Virus record (IMG/VR): IMGVR_UViG_3300029944_000009
Reading direction: 5' to 3' (one strand)
Source of the DNA: a virus
DNA: 61,964 bases
Shown here one piece after another: positions 15,896-24,773 of the stretch; within the stretch, counting starts at the first letter, position 1, and every line of letters begins with the position of its first letter. Both the position numbers and the translations under genes were made by a program. The notes beneath the pieces are model-generated. The model worked only from the letters and a program-made list of their open reading frames with translations, did not search any database and had not been told where the DNA came from.

Positions 15896-18466
15896 ATGGG
15901 CACAATCGAGATCAACGGGCAGAAGATAAACGCAGCTGCTTCGCTTATTGAGCTCGACCGCGTAGAATGCCGCGAAAGCCTCATGGCGTTTGTCAAGCGC
16001 TCTTGGCACATCATCGAGCCCGGCCAGCCTTACACCGAGGGCTGGCACCTGCATGGCATAGCGGAGCATCTGGAAGCGATCACCGACGAATTCGTTATGG
16101 ATGACGGCACGCTTTACAACCGGCTGCTGGCGAACATCCCGCCCGGCACCATGAAATCGCTAATGGTGAGCGTATTCTGGCCGGCGTGGGAGTGGGGTCC
16201 GTGCAATATGCCGCATTTGCGGTACATCACCGCGTCACACTCCCTGGACATCGCCATCCGCGATACCCTCCGCATGCGGCGCCTCGTGCAATCTGATTGG
16301 TACATGACGCGGTGGCCGCACGTGCGTATGACCTCAGATCAAAACGCCAAGACCAATTTCGAGAACACCATGGGCGGCTGGCGCCAGGCAGCGGCATCCG
16401 GCGGGATCACCGGCAAGCGCGGAGACCGCGTGATTATCGATGACCCGCTATCCGTGGACGACGGCAACTCCGACCAAGTCAGAGGCTCTGTCAACACCTG
16501 GTTCCGCGAGGCCGTACCTCTGCGCGTCAATAACCCGGATAAATCGGCCATTGTCGTGATCATGCAGCGGCTCCACGAGGACGATGTATCCGGCGTCATT
16601 CTTGAGGACAAGCTGGGGTATGACCACCTTTGCTTGCCTATGCGGTATGCCTCGTGGCGCGCGGGCACAAAGACCAAGATCGGGTACGAAGATCCCCGGC
16701 GCGAGGAAGGCCAGCTATTGTTTCCGGCCCGCTTCCCGCTGCACGTCGTCGAACGCGATGAGAAGATCCTAGGCCCGTACGCCACGGCCGGGCAGTTCGC
16801 CCAGGAGCCAGCGCCGCGCGGCGGCGGCATTATCAAGAATGAATGGTGGCAGCTCTGGGAGGGTAAGGAGTACCCGCCCTTCGATTATATCATCGGCAGC
16901 CTGGATACCGCCTTTACAGAGAAAACAGAGAACGACCCAAGCGCCATGACCGTGTGGGGCGTGTTTACCGGCGCCAGCGCGCTGTATGCCGCCAACTGGG
17001 CATCGCCCGGGGGCCGCATGCTCCGGCAAGAGGGCAGCGAGGAGATGTTCGATCTCGGACAGACCGTGCGCACCAAGCACAGCGCGGTTGGCGGAGACGC
17101 CCCGCGCGTCATGCTCGCCTATGCCTGGGCGGAGCGCTTGCCGTTGCATGAGCTGGTGCAGAAAGTGGCGAAGACCTGCAAAGACATGAAAGTCGATAAG
17201 CTGCTGATCGAGAACAAAGCCAGCGGCTACTCAGTAGCGCAGGAAATGCGGCGGCTCTTCGGGCACGAGGACTGGGGCGTACAGCTATTGGACCCCAAAG
17301 GCATGGACAAGCTATCGCGGCTGTATGCAGTGCAACATCTCTTTGCCGAGGGCATGATCTACGCGCCTGATAAAGTGTGGGCACAGCAAGTAATTCAAGA
17401 GGTTAGCGTGTTCCCGAAAGGGAAACATGACGATCTGTGCCTCGTGGCGGGGACAAAAATAGCTACCAGGCGGGGTTCTATCCCGATAGAGAGGGTAACC
17501 ACTGCCGACGAGGTGCTAACACCCCTTGGCTGGCGCAAAGTTGAAGCAGCTGGGTGCACGGGGGCAAAGCCTGTTGTTAGTGCTAAGTCATTGACAGGAA
17601 CGGCTAATCATCCTGTATTTACGCTTGACAACATGTATCAGCCATTGGATAGTATAAACCAGGAATCTTTGACGGTAGGGTTGGGTTTATGCGATTTAGT
17701 GAAGACACAGCGCCGGAGGAAATTGTTTTCGACGGTGTCACATACCGCCGCATGGGTGGAAAGCGGCGGTACTACCTCAGCCAATCCAGGAGCAACGAGG
17801 GGCGGCGCAGAGCTAAAGGGCTGCACGTTGCGATCTGGGAAAAAAACGCCGGCCGCGCTGTTCCACCGAAGCACGACGTACACCACAGAGATGGTGACGT
17901 GTTTAATTTTAGCATTGATAATCTGGAGTGCTTACCGGAAGGCGTGCATAGGCGCATGCCTAAGAAAATTGATCGGGAAGCGGTTGCGGCCAACCTGGCG
18001 CGCGTACGCCCCCTCGCCAGTGCGTGGCACAAGTCAGAAGAGGGGCGGGATTGGCATCGCCGGGTTAGCGCTCTTTCCCTGGTTAAGGCTAGAGAGGCGC
18101 GGTGCGTTGGAGATGAGCGTGTTATCCTCGGCGTGCGGCCTTGCGATTGGTGTGGGGCCGAGTTTGAGTTCAGAAGCGCGCGAAAGATTATGTGCTCGCC
18201 CGCATGCCAGCTACAAAAGTCCGCTTATAAACTTGGAAAGTGCAAGCACGCACACCCCTATTACACAGCCCGTGTACAATCTGACAGTTGAGGGCGCGCA
18301 CTGCTACTACGCGAACGGCATGTTAGTGCACAACTGCGACACCGTTTCGCAAGGAATAAGCCATTTGCGGCAGCTTGGCTTGCTCACCAGAGCACCGGAA
18401 TGGGCGGCCGAAGTCACGGGCAGCATGCAATTCAACCACTCACCAGGGCCGATATACCCGGTTTGA
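15896..18466 (+). CDS. terL: Terminase large subunit interrupted by an intein
   Basis: Deviant P-loop PPGTMKS, Walker B VIIDDP, nuclease motifs LDTAF and KGKHDDL|...|CDTVSQG. The host frame is continuous across the insertion. Confidence 0.9.
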   Translation: MGTIEINGQKINAAASLIELDRVECRESLMAFVKRSWHIIEPGQPYTEGWHLHGIAEHLEAITDEFVMDDGTLYNRLLANIPPGTMKSLMVSVFWPAWEWGPCNMPHLRYITASHSLDIAIRDTLRMRRLVQSDWYMTRWPHVRMTSDQNAKTNFENTMGGWRQAAASGGITGKRGDRVIIDDPLSVDDGNSDQVRGSVNTWFREAVPLRVNNPDKSAIVVIMQRLHEDDVSGVILEDKLGYDHLCLPMRYASWRAGTKTKIGYEDPRREEGQLLFPARFPLHVVERDEKILGPYATAGQFAQEPAPRGGGIIKNEWWQLWEGKEYPPFDYIIGSLDTAFTEKTENDPSAMTVWGVFTGASALYAANWASPGGRMLRQEGSEEMFDLGQTVRTKHSAVGGDAPRVMLAYAWAERLPLHELVQKVAKTCKDMKVDKLLIENKASGYSVAQEMRRLFGHEDWGVQLLDPKGMDKLSRLYAVQHLFAEGMIYAPDKVWAQQVIQEVSVFPKGKHDDLCLVAGTKIATRRGSIPIERVTTADEVLTPLGWRKVEAAGCTGAKPVVSAKSLTGTANHPVFTLDNMYQPLDSINQESLTVGLGLCDLVKTQRRRKLFSTVSHTAAWVESGGTTSANPGATRGGAELKGCTLRSGKKTPAALFHRSTTYTTEMVTCLILALIIWSAYRKACIGACLRKLIGKRLRPTWRAYAPSPVRGTSQKRGGIGIAGLALFPWLRLERRGALEMSVLSSACGLAIGVGPSLSSEARERLCARPHASYKSPLINLESASTHTPITQPVYNLTVEGAHCYYANGMLVHNCDTVSQGISHLRQLGLLTRAPEWAAEVTGSMQFNHSPGPIYPV
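17438..18334 (+). mobile_element. Intein of 299 codons inserted in terL
   Basis: Cys1 in CLVAGTKIAT (block A), TANHPVF (block B), VYNLTVEGAHCYYANGMLVHN followed by the +1 Cys (blocks F/G). Confidence 0.85.
17689..18291 (+). CDS. HNH homing endonuclease nested inside the terL intein in a different reading frame
   Basis: LHVAIWEKNAGRAVPPKHDVHHRDGDVFNFSIDNLECL is an HNH motif. A CDWCG...CSPAC zinc ribbon follows. The frame differs from terL (17689 mod 3 = 1, versus 2 for terL). Confidence 0.8.
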   Translation: MRFSEDTAPEEIVFDGVTYRRMGGKRRYYLSQSRSNEGRRRAKGLHVAIWEKNAGRAVPPKHDVHHRDGDVFNFSIDNLECLPEGVHRRMPKKIDREAVAANLARVRPLASAWHKSEEGRDWHRRVSALSLVKAREARCVGDERVILGVRPCDWCGAEFEFRSARKIMCSPACQLQKSAYKLGKCKHAHPYYTARVQSDS

Positions 18467-18526
18467 GCATTAATGTTGCGTCTGCCGTAATTTAGTGGCA
18501 ATCAGTCTGGGCATAGGAGCCCCTGA

Positions 18527-20995
18527 ATGGCTGGATTGAGCCCGAATATCCGACTGGTCGACAGCACCCCGCCGCCATCACCTCAGCAGGCCCGCGACGT
18601 GACAGTTGCCCAGAACGACGACCCGGTTAACGGTGAAATCCGCAATGGCAACGGCGATCTCCTCCGCATAGAGCATGATGACGGCTCCATCACCATCACC
18701 ACTGACGGCACGCCACTTGAGAAGGCAACCAAGACGGGGCCGGGCGGCTGGTGGGATAATCTCGTAGATGAAATAGACGCCATGGAGCTCACGCGCATGG
18801 CTGAAGAGATATTGCGCGGCATCCGCGACGACATCACCTCCCGGCAAGAGTGGATTGACGACCGCGCCAACGGCATGCGCTTGCTGGGCCTGAAGCTGGA
18901 CCTGCCGGGCCTCGGCGGTAGCGCGGACGGAGCCCCAGTGGAGGGCATTAGCCGGGTGCGCCACCCCCTGCTGCTCGAAGCGGTGCTCCGTTTTCAGGCC
19001 AACGCGAGGTCTGAACTGTTGCCTACGGACGGGCCAGTGAAGGTTCGCGACGACGGCAACGGCGACGACGTCAACCAGGACCGGCTAGCGGATTACCTCG
19101 AAAAAGACCTCAACCACTACCTAACCAGCACGGCATCGGAGTATTATCCCGACACAGACCGCATGTTGCTTATGCTCGGGTTTGGGGGCACCAGCTTCAA
19201 GAAGGTGCACCAATGCCCGTTGCGCAACCGGCCGGTGTCGGAGACCGTGGACGCCGAAGACTTGATCGTCAACAACAGCGCCACGGATTTGAAGAACGCC
19301 ACCCGCGTGACGCACCGCATTAGCTTGAAGCCAAGCACGGTGAAGCGCATGCAGATCCTCGGGGTTTACCGAGATATCCCGCTGCACACCCCAAACATGG
19401 CTCAGCTCGATGCCGTGCAGATCGAGCGCAAGGCGCAAGAGGGCATTTCGATCAACTCCATGAACCCGGAAGACCGCGACCGGGAGATTTACGAGTGCTA
19501 TTGTGAGCTGGATATCAAGGGTTACGAGCACGAGATGAAGGGTAAGCCCACCGGGCTAGAGATACCCTACCGCGTCACCATCGATGTATCATCGCGGCAG
19601 GTTTTATCTGTCGTGCGCAACTACGAGGAAGATACCAAAGAGCTACCCGAAGCGCGCACGACCTTCATCAAGTACACGTTTGTGCCGGGCTTTGGCTTCT
19701 ATGACATCGGCCTCCTGGCCATTCTGGGAAACACAACCAATGCTATTACAGCTGCTTGGCGGGAGCTTCTTGACGCTGGCATGTATTCTAATTTCCCTGG
19801 TTTCCTTATGGCGGATAGCGGATCTCGTCAAAACACGAACATCTTCCGTGTACCGCCGGGCGGTGGCGCTCCCGTCAAGACCAACGGAATGCCCATCCGG
19901 GACGCCATCATGCCCCTTCCGTATCAGCCGCCGCAACCAGCTCTTATGCAGCTTGTCAACGACATCGCCCAAACTGGCATGCGAATTGGCGGCACTAGCG
20001 AGCAAGCAGTGGGCGAGGGGCGGGCGGACGCGCCAGTAGGCACGACGCTGGCGATGATCGAGCAGGCCACCAAGGTCATGAATTCCGTGCACAAGCGGTT
20101 GCATGCATCTCAGGCCCAAGAGTTCCAGCTCTTGGCCAAAGTGTTCAAAGAGCACCCCAAGAGCTTCTGGCAGCAGAACCGCAAGCCGGCGTATAAATGG
20201 GATGAGCAAACCTTCCTCGACGCCCTCGAAGACGCGGATATCGTGCCGCAAGCTGACCCCAACACGGCCTCGCATGGGCAGCGCGTGATGAAGATCATGG
20301 CGCTGAAGCAACTGCAGGCGGCCCAGCCCTCGCTCTACGATCCGATCGCGATTGACCGCGCGGCCCTCGTCGCACTCGGCTTCAACAACCCCGATCAGTT
20401 CCTTGCACCACCCCAGGCCCAAGCCTCGCCGCCACCAGAGCTGCAGCAGATCCAGGCTCAGATCCAGCAAGGCAACATCGTGGCCGGGGCGCAGAAGACG
20501 GCGGCAGACGCCCGTATGCTCGATGCGCAGACTAAGCGCGCGGAAGCCCAGGCGAAGATACAAGGCGGCCTGGCGGGCGGCGAAGGCAAGAGCACCGGAC
20601 CGAGCTCGGCCGAGCTGGAGCTCAAGCAAGCCGATTTGAAGACCAAAGCCGCCGGCCTCGCGCTGCAGCACCAGAACACGGAGCAGGAGACTGCTTCGCG
20701 CACGGCGGACCGCGAGGCGGATCTGAAGATACAGCAAATGAAACTGGAAGCAGATACCCAGAACAAGCACGCGGACCGGCAGCATGAGGTGCTCATGGGC
20801 GCGCTCACCGCGCACAAAGAGAACACACAACAGGCGGCGGAGCTAAGCGAGCACGAGCAGGACAGGCGGGCGGATATCGCCAAGACACTGGCCGGGAAAG
20901 TGATGGATGGGCGCAACGCCCAGGCGAAAGCCGCCGCGACGCCAAAACTAAAAGCACCCGGGCCGGTGAAACCGAGAAAGGCGAAACTGGTATGA
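18527..20995 (+). CDS. Portal protein (putative) with a Q/A/K-rich C-terminal extension
   Basis: Position directly after terL, its size, and the AGGAG SD. No motif-level proof. Confidence 0.7.
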   Translation: MAGLSPNIRLVDSTPPPSPQQARDVTVAQNDDPVNGEIRNGNGDLLRIEHDDGSITITTDGTPLEKATKTGPGGWWDNLVDEIDAMELTRMAEEILRGIRDDITSRQEWIDDRANGMRLLGLKLDLPGLGGSADGAPVEGISRVRHPLLLEAVLRFQANARSELLPTDGPVKVRDDGNGDDVNQDRLADYLEKDLNHYLTSTASEYYPDTDRMLLMLGFGGTSFKKVHQCPLRNRPVSETVDAEDLIVNNSATDLKNATRVTHRISLKPSTVKRMQILGVYRDIPLHTPNMAQLDAVQIERKAQEGISINSMNPEDRDREIYECYCELDIKGYEHEMKGKPTGLEIPYRVTIDVSSRQVLSVVRNYEEDTKELPEARTTFIKYTFVPGFGFYDIGLLAILGNTTNAITAAWRELLDAGMYSNFPGFLMADSGSRQNTNIFRVPPGGGAPVKTNGMPIRDAIMPLPYQPPQPALMQLVNDIAQTGMRIGGTSEQAVGEGRADAPVGTTLAMIEQATKVMNSVHKRLHASQAQEFQLLAKVFKEHPKSFWQQNRKPAYKWDEQTFLDALEDADIVPQADPNTASHGQRVMKIMALKQLQAAQPSLYDPIAIDRAALVALGFNNPDQFLAPPQAQASPPPELQQIQAQIQQGNIVAGAQKTAADARMLDAQTKRAEAQAKIQGGLAGGEGKSTGPSSAELELKQADLKTKAAGLALQHQNTEQETASRTADREADLKIQQMKLEADTQNKHADRQHEVLMGALTAHKENTQQAAELSEHEQDRRADIAKTLAGKVMDGRNAQAKAAATPKLKAPGPVKPRKAKLV

Positions 20996-21141
20996 GCCCC
21001 GTTCTTGTTGACATCCAAGCCGAGATCGAAGCAGCCAGGAAGCACGCGGATAGTTGCTGGCTGGATCATGCTTCCCGCGAGTGGCGCGCCACGTTTCATT
21101 TGAAGCTTGGCGAGCTTATCGCCGCGCGGGCGGCCAAGTGA
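20992..21141 (+). CDS. Hypothetical 49-aa protein
   Basis: ATGA overlap with the portal stop. Translation: MSPVLVDIQAEIEAARKHADSCWLDHASREWRATFHLKLGELIAARAAK. Confidence 0.4.
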   Translation: MSPVLVDIQAEIEAARKHADSCWLDHASREWRATFHLKLGELIAARAAK

Positions 21142-21392
21142 GCGGCGCGGAAATCCTCAAGCCGTTCGGGTCTTACCGCACGCCCGGTATCGACGAGAAC
21201 GTGGTCGAAACACTGGAAAACCTCTTAGAGCGAGCGGTATCCGGTGAGATTACCGGCGTAGCCGTGGCTTATATGACCGGGGGCAACCACGCCTGCTCCG
21301 AAGTGGCTTTCGGCAGCGCTGGCTACGCCGCGATGCTGGGGGCTACGGTAGCCATGCAGGCGACAATGCTTGAGGCGTGGAAAAACCTATGA
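21138..21392 (+). CDS. Hypothetical protein
   Basis: GTGA-coupled start inside track ORF 21054..21392. Confidence 0.45.
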   Translation: MSGAEILKPFGSYRTPGIDENVVETLENLLERAVSGEITGVAVAYMTGGNHACSEVAFGSAGYAAMLGATVAMQATMLEAWKNL

Positions 21393-23455
21393 ACGTCGCC
21401 GAACGCGCTTTGCACGCAGCCCGCCGTACGTACGCCGATGGCGGTGGCACAGATCCACGTGGAGCAAGCCAGCAACTCAGCCCTTCTGGCCTTTATAGCC
21501 AAGGTGCTGCGACCGCTGCTGCGTTGCCGCAGGCCAAGGGGCCGCCGCAGCAGATGCTGGGCATGCTGCAGAACCAGGGCGTTAAACCAGCCGAGCTGGA
21601 GAACGCCGGGTTGCCGGGAGCGCTTGGCGATCAACATGCGGTTACACGCGAGCAGCTCGCGGCTCATTTGCAAGGGGCGATGCCGGATATCCAAGAAGAG
21701 GTGCGCGGGTACAACCCAAGCGCCCCCGTGCAAGAGGTACCCGAGGACGCAGTAAGCAGCTGGGTAGAGAATAGGGCGCGCGAACGCGGCGGCCAGCACT
21801 TTGATATGATGGGGGGTGAGGAGCAACAGCACCACCGCCGCGCGGCGGGGCGCGAGTTCGACGAAAACTTTCAGGAAGACCCCGAGTTCTCGCATCAATT
21901 TACCGGCGGCCCAAAGCCGACTAAGTACGAAGAGTACACGCTGCCCGGAGGCGAGAACTACCGCGAACTGCTCTTGCATACAAAACCAGACCGCTTCGGG
22001 GAGCAATTAGCACATCGCTCCGGCCATTGGGATACGCCAAACGTCCTTGCGCATTTGCGTTTGTCAGACCGCACGGACCCCGAAGGCAAGAAGGTACTGC
22101 ATATCGAGGAGCTGCAGAGCGATTGGGGCCAAGAGGGCCGGAAGAAGGGCTTTGCGGAACCGGGAAAGCCCGGCGTGCCCAAAGGCCCGTATGTCGGATC
22201 CACGCAAGGTTGGACTGAGCTAGGGTTAAAGCGCGCCCTCGTTGAAGCGGCGCGCGGCGGCTACGATAAGATGGTCTGGACACCTGGGCAAGAACAAGCA
22301 GATAGATATGATCTGAGCAAGAAAATAAGCCACATTGTCCACCTCAACAACGGCGACGGCACGTACTACGCAAGCGCTGTGACCCACGGCGTCGATGGTG
22401 AGCCGGTTCATCTCGGCAATTACCTGACGCCGGAGCAGCTGGAAAACCACGTCGGCAAGGACGTCGCGCACAAGATCGTAGCGGGCCAAGGCGAAGACCT
22501 CGGCCGTGGCCTCAAGAAGCTCGGCGCCCACGATCTAAGCGTTGGCGGCGAGGGCATGAAGTCCTATTACGACAAGGTGCTGCCCAATACCCTTAGCAAG
22601 ATCACAAAGAAGCTAGACCCAACTGTGCGGCCGGAGATGAAAGAGCTATCGGCCGGCGAAGCAACGCCCAATGCGTTTCAGACCTGGGCAAGACAGAACG
22701 GCGATATGCGGCGGTCTGATCAGCTCGGCCAAGCTTGGCATCTCAAGGGCCGGGATGATCCCGCTGTCACGCAGTTCCTCGATCAGCACAAAGGCCGTGA
22801 GCTGCCGGGCATCGATATAACACCCACGATGCGAGCCAAGATCCTGCGCGGCTTGCCCGCGTTCAAACGGGGCGGCGCGATCGAGCCCACCGAAGCGCAG
22901 AAAGCCGCCGGCAATTACCAGAAGGAGCATATTTCCTTCCAGGGCTTGCCAATCAGCATTGAGACGAAAAAAGGTGCAGAACGCTCTGGCGTTGACGCTG
23001 AAGGCAAGCGCTGGCGCTGCGTGCTGCCGTACGATTATGGCTATATCAAGCGCACCGAGGGCGCCGATGGCGAGCACGTTGACGTGTGTATCGGCCCTCA
23101 CAAAGATAGTCAGAGGGTCTTTGTCGTCAACCAGAACGACCACGAGACGGGGGAGTTTGATGAGCATAAAATCATGCTGGGCTACAACACGCGGGATCAG
23201 GCTGAAGCGGCATACAAAGCGGGTTTCTCGGACGGCAAAGGCCATTTGCGCATGGGCCATCTCGTTGTAGCCACTCTTGAAGATTTGAAAGACTGGCTCA
23301 AACACGACGATACGACGCGCGAGAACCCACGTCAGAAACACTGGCAACACGATACGAATGCAGCTAAAAGCGACTTCGTAGACGCTGCCCTTCGCGTAAC
23401 AAACCACGGCGCGCATCCGCCCGCAGCCGTTTCTCTCGCCCGGCGGATGAAGTAA
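21389..23455 (+). CDS. Large head-associated protein with a C-terminal pyrophosphatase-like beta-barrel segment (tentative)
   Basis: ATGA-coupled ATG at 21389. IEELQSDWGQEGRKKG motif. The C-terminal YDYGYIKRTEGADGEHVDVCIGP...VFVVNQ...FDEHKIMLGY resembles PPase-like domains seen in phage head modules. Confidence 0.6.
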   Translation: MNVAERALHAARRTYADGGGTDPRGASQQLSPSGLYSQGAATAAALPQAKGPPQQMLGMLQNQGVKPAELENAGLPGALGDQHAVTREQLAAHLQGAMPDIQEEVRGYNPSAPVQEVPEDAVSSWVENRARERGGQHFDMMGGEEQQHHRRAAGREFDENFQEDPEFSHQFTGGPKPTKYEEYTLPGGENYRELLLHTKPDRFGEQLAHRSGHWDTPNVLAHLRLSDRTDPEGKKVLHIEELQSDWGQEGRKKGFAEPGKPGVPKGPYVGSTQGWTELGLKRALVEAARGGYDKMVWTPGQEQADRYDLSKKISHIVHLNNGDGTYYASAVTHGVDGEPVHLGNYLTPEQLENHVGKDVAHKIVAGQGEDLGRGLKKLGAHDLSVGGEGMKSYYDKVLPNTLSKITKKLDPTVRPEMKELSAGEATPNAFQTWARQNGDMRRSDQLGQAWHLKGRDDPAVTQFLDQHKGRELPGIDITPTMRAKILRGLPAFKRGGAIEPTEAQKAAGNYQKEHISFQGLPISIETKKGAERSGVDAEGKRWRCVLPYDYGYIKRTEGADGEHVDVCIGPHKDSQRVFVVNQNDHETGEFDEHKIMLGYNTRDQAEAAYKAGFSDGKGHLRMGHLVVATLEDLKDWLKHDDTTRENPRQKHWQHDTNAAKSDFVDAALRVTNHGAHPPAAVSLARRMK

Positions 23456-23467
23456 CGGAGAGCTCAC

Positions 23468-24466
23468 ATGTCTGAGTATGATGCCAAGAAAATTCGCGAA
23501 GAGCGGAAGAAGAAAGCAGAAGAGCGCGGCGGGGGCGAAAACACCAAGAAGGTTGACGCCTCCGATTGGACCCCGGCCGAGCCCCTGAACACCGAAGCCA
23601 AGACCGGCCAGCGTCCCGTTTCCAAGCGCCAGTACAAGCGCGGTGGGCACGTCGAAGGTAAGGAAGCGCACAAGCATGCTGGCAAGAAACCGCGCATGGG
23701 CCGCAAGGATGGCGGCAAAGCGGATTCCGAGGTGTGGGATAGCTACATGAACCGCGATGGCCGCGAAGCCAATCACGAGATCGCCGAGCCACACGAAGGT
23801 GGTTTCAAGCGCGGCGGCCGAATGCACCGCGACTCGGGCGGCCAGACACAAGGCGCCAACCCAGTGCCGACCTCCGCGCTCAATTTGAATGGCCGTAATA
23901 TCGGTGCCGGAGCCTTGAAGAAGGGCGGCCGGGCTGGCCACGCCATGGGCGGCCATCCTGACGAGAAGCAGGACCGCAAGCTGGTTGACGAGATGGTCAA
24001 GAAGGATTGCCGCACCGGCAAGAAGCACGGTGGCGAAGCCAAAGGCAATTACGAAGGCGGCACGCGGCCAACTGGCGGGCGTCTCGCGCGCAAAGACGGC
24101 GGCCGGTCTGGAAAAGGCAAGACGAATATCATCATCTCGGTTAACCCACACGGGCAAGGCCAGGATATGCAGCAAGGCGCTCCGATGATGCGGCCGCCTG
24201 CTCCTCCGCCGTCTCCGGTGCCGATGGCGCCCCCGGGCGGTGCGGGGATGCCTCCGCCGCAAGGCGGCGCGGGTATGCCGATGCCTCCGAGTGGTGCTGG
24301 TGCGCCTCCGGCTATGGGCGGAGCGCCTGGAATGTTGCCGCCGGGCATCCCCCCGCAGCTACCGCGCAAGAGCGGCGGGCGTACGGAGCGGTATGAGGGT
24401 GGCGCCGGAGGCGGCGAGGGCCGTCTGCAGAAGATCAAGAACTACGGCCTGAAGCCGCCGGGCTAA
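23468..24466 (+). CDS. Highly basic Lys/Arg/Gly/His-rich protein with a Pro/Gly/Met-rich tract. Probable internal head or DNA-associated protein.
   Basis: GGAG SD upstream. Seven copies of a [KR]xGG[RH]...GG motif and a PPAPPPSPVPMAPPGGAGMPPPQGGAGMPMPP tract. Confidence 0.7.
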   Translation: MSEYDAKKIREERKKKAEERGGGENTKKVDASDWTPAEPLNTEAKTGQRPVSKRQYKRGGHVEGKEAHKHAGKKPRMGRKDGGKADSEVWDSYMNRDGREANHEIAEPHEGGFKRGGRMHRDSGGQTQGANPVPTSALNLNGRNIGAGALKKGGRAGHAMGGHPDEKQDRKLVDEMVKKDCRTGKKHGGEAKGNYEGGTRPTGGRLARKDGGRSGKGKTNIIISVNPHGQGQDMQQGAPMMRPPAPPPSPVPMAPPGGAGMPPPQGGAGMPMPPSGAGAPPAMGGAPGMLPPGIPPQLPRKSGGRTERYEGGAGGGEGRLQKIKNYGLKPPG

Positions 24467-24520
24467 AGACAGGATCGACCGGCGGGTATCGCGTAAAGAC
24501 GCCTAAGCTGGTCGGTAAAC

Positions 24521-24557
24521 GGGCGGTGTTCCCGTGCTCCCTCCGGGGGCACCGCCC
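24521..24557 (+). other. GC-rich stem-loop after the basic-protein gene
   Basis: GGGCGGTG ... CACCGCCC with an inner CCCG/CGGG pair. No U-tract follows. Confidence 0.35.
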
Positions 24558-24575
24558 AACCATTTGGAGACTTAA

Positions 24576-24773
24576 TTGCTCACTTTCAATCACCGCGTCA
24601 CGCATGAGTTTGGCAAATTGATCAAAGCCAGGATGGATCACATCACGGAAAGCCTGATCGATGGCAGCTCGCTGCCTGAGATGCAGATCCGCCGGCTGCA
24701 AGGTGAGGCGGCTGGGTTGCGGTTGGCAGAGGATTTGCTGGCGGATGCCATAGCGATTTGTGAGGGCGAATGA
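24576..24773 (+). CDS. Hypothetical protein
   Basis: TTG start 5 nt after GGAGA. ATGA-coupled to the next gene. Confidence 0.5.
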   Translation: MLTFNHRVTHEFGKLIKARMDHITESLIDGSSLPEMQIRRLQGEAAGLRLAEDLLADAIAICEGE

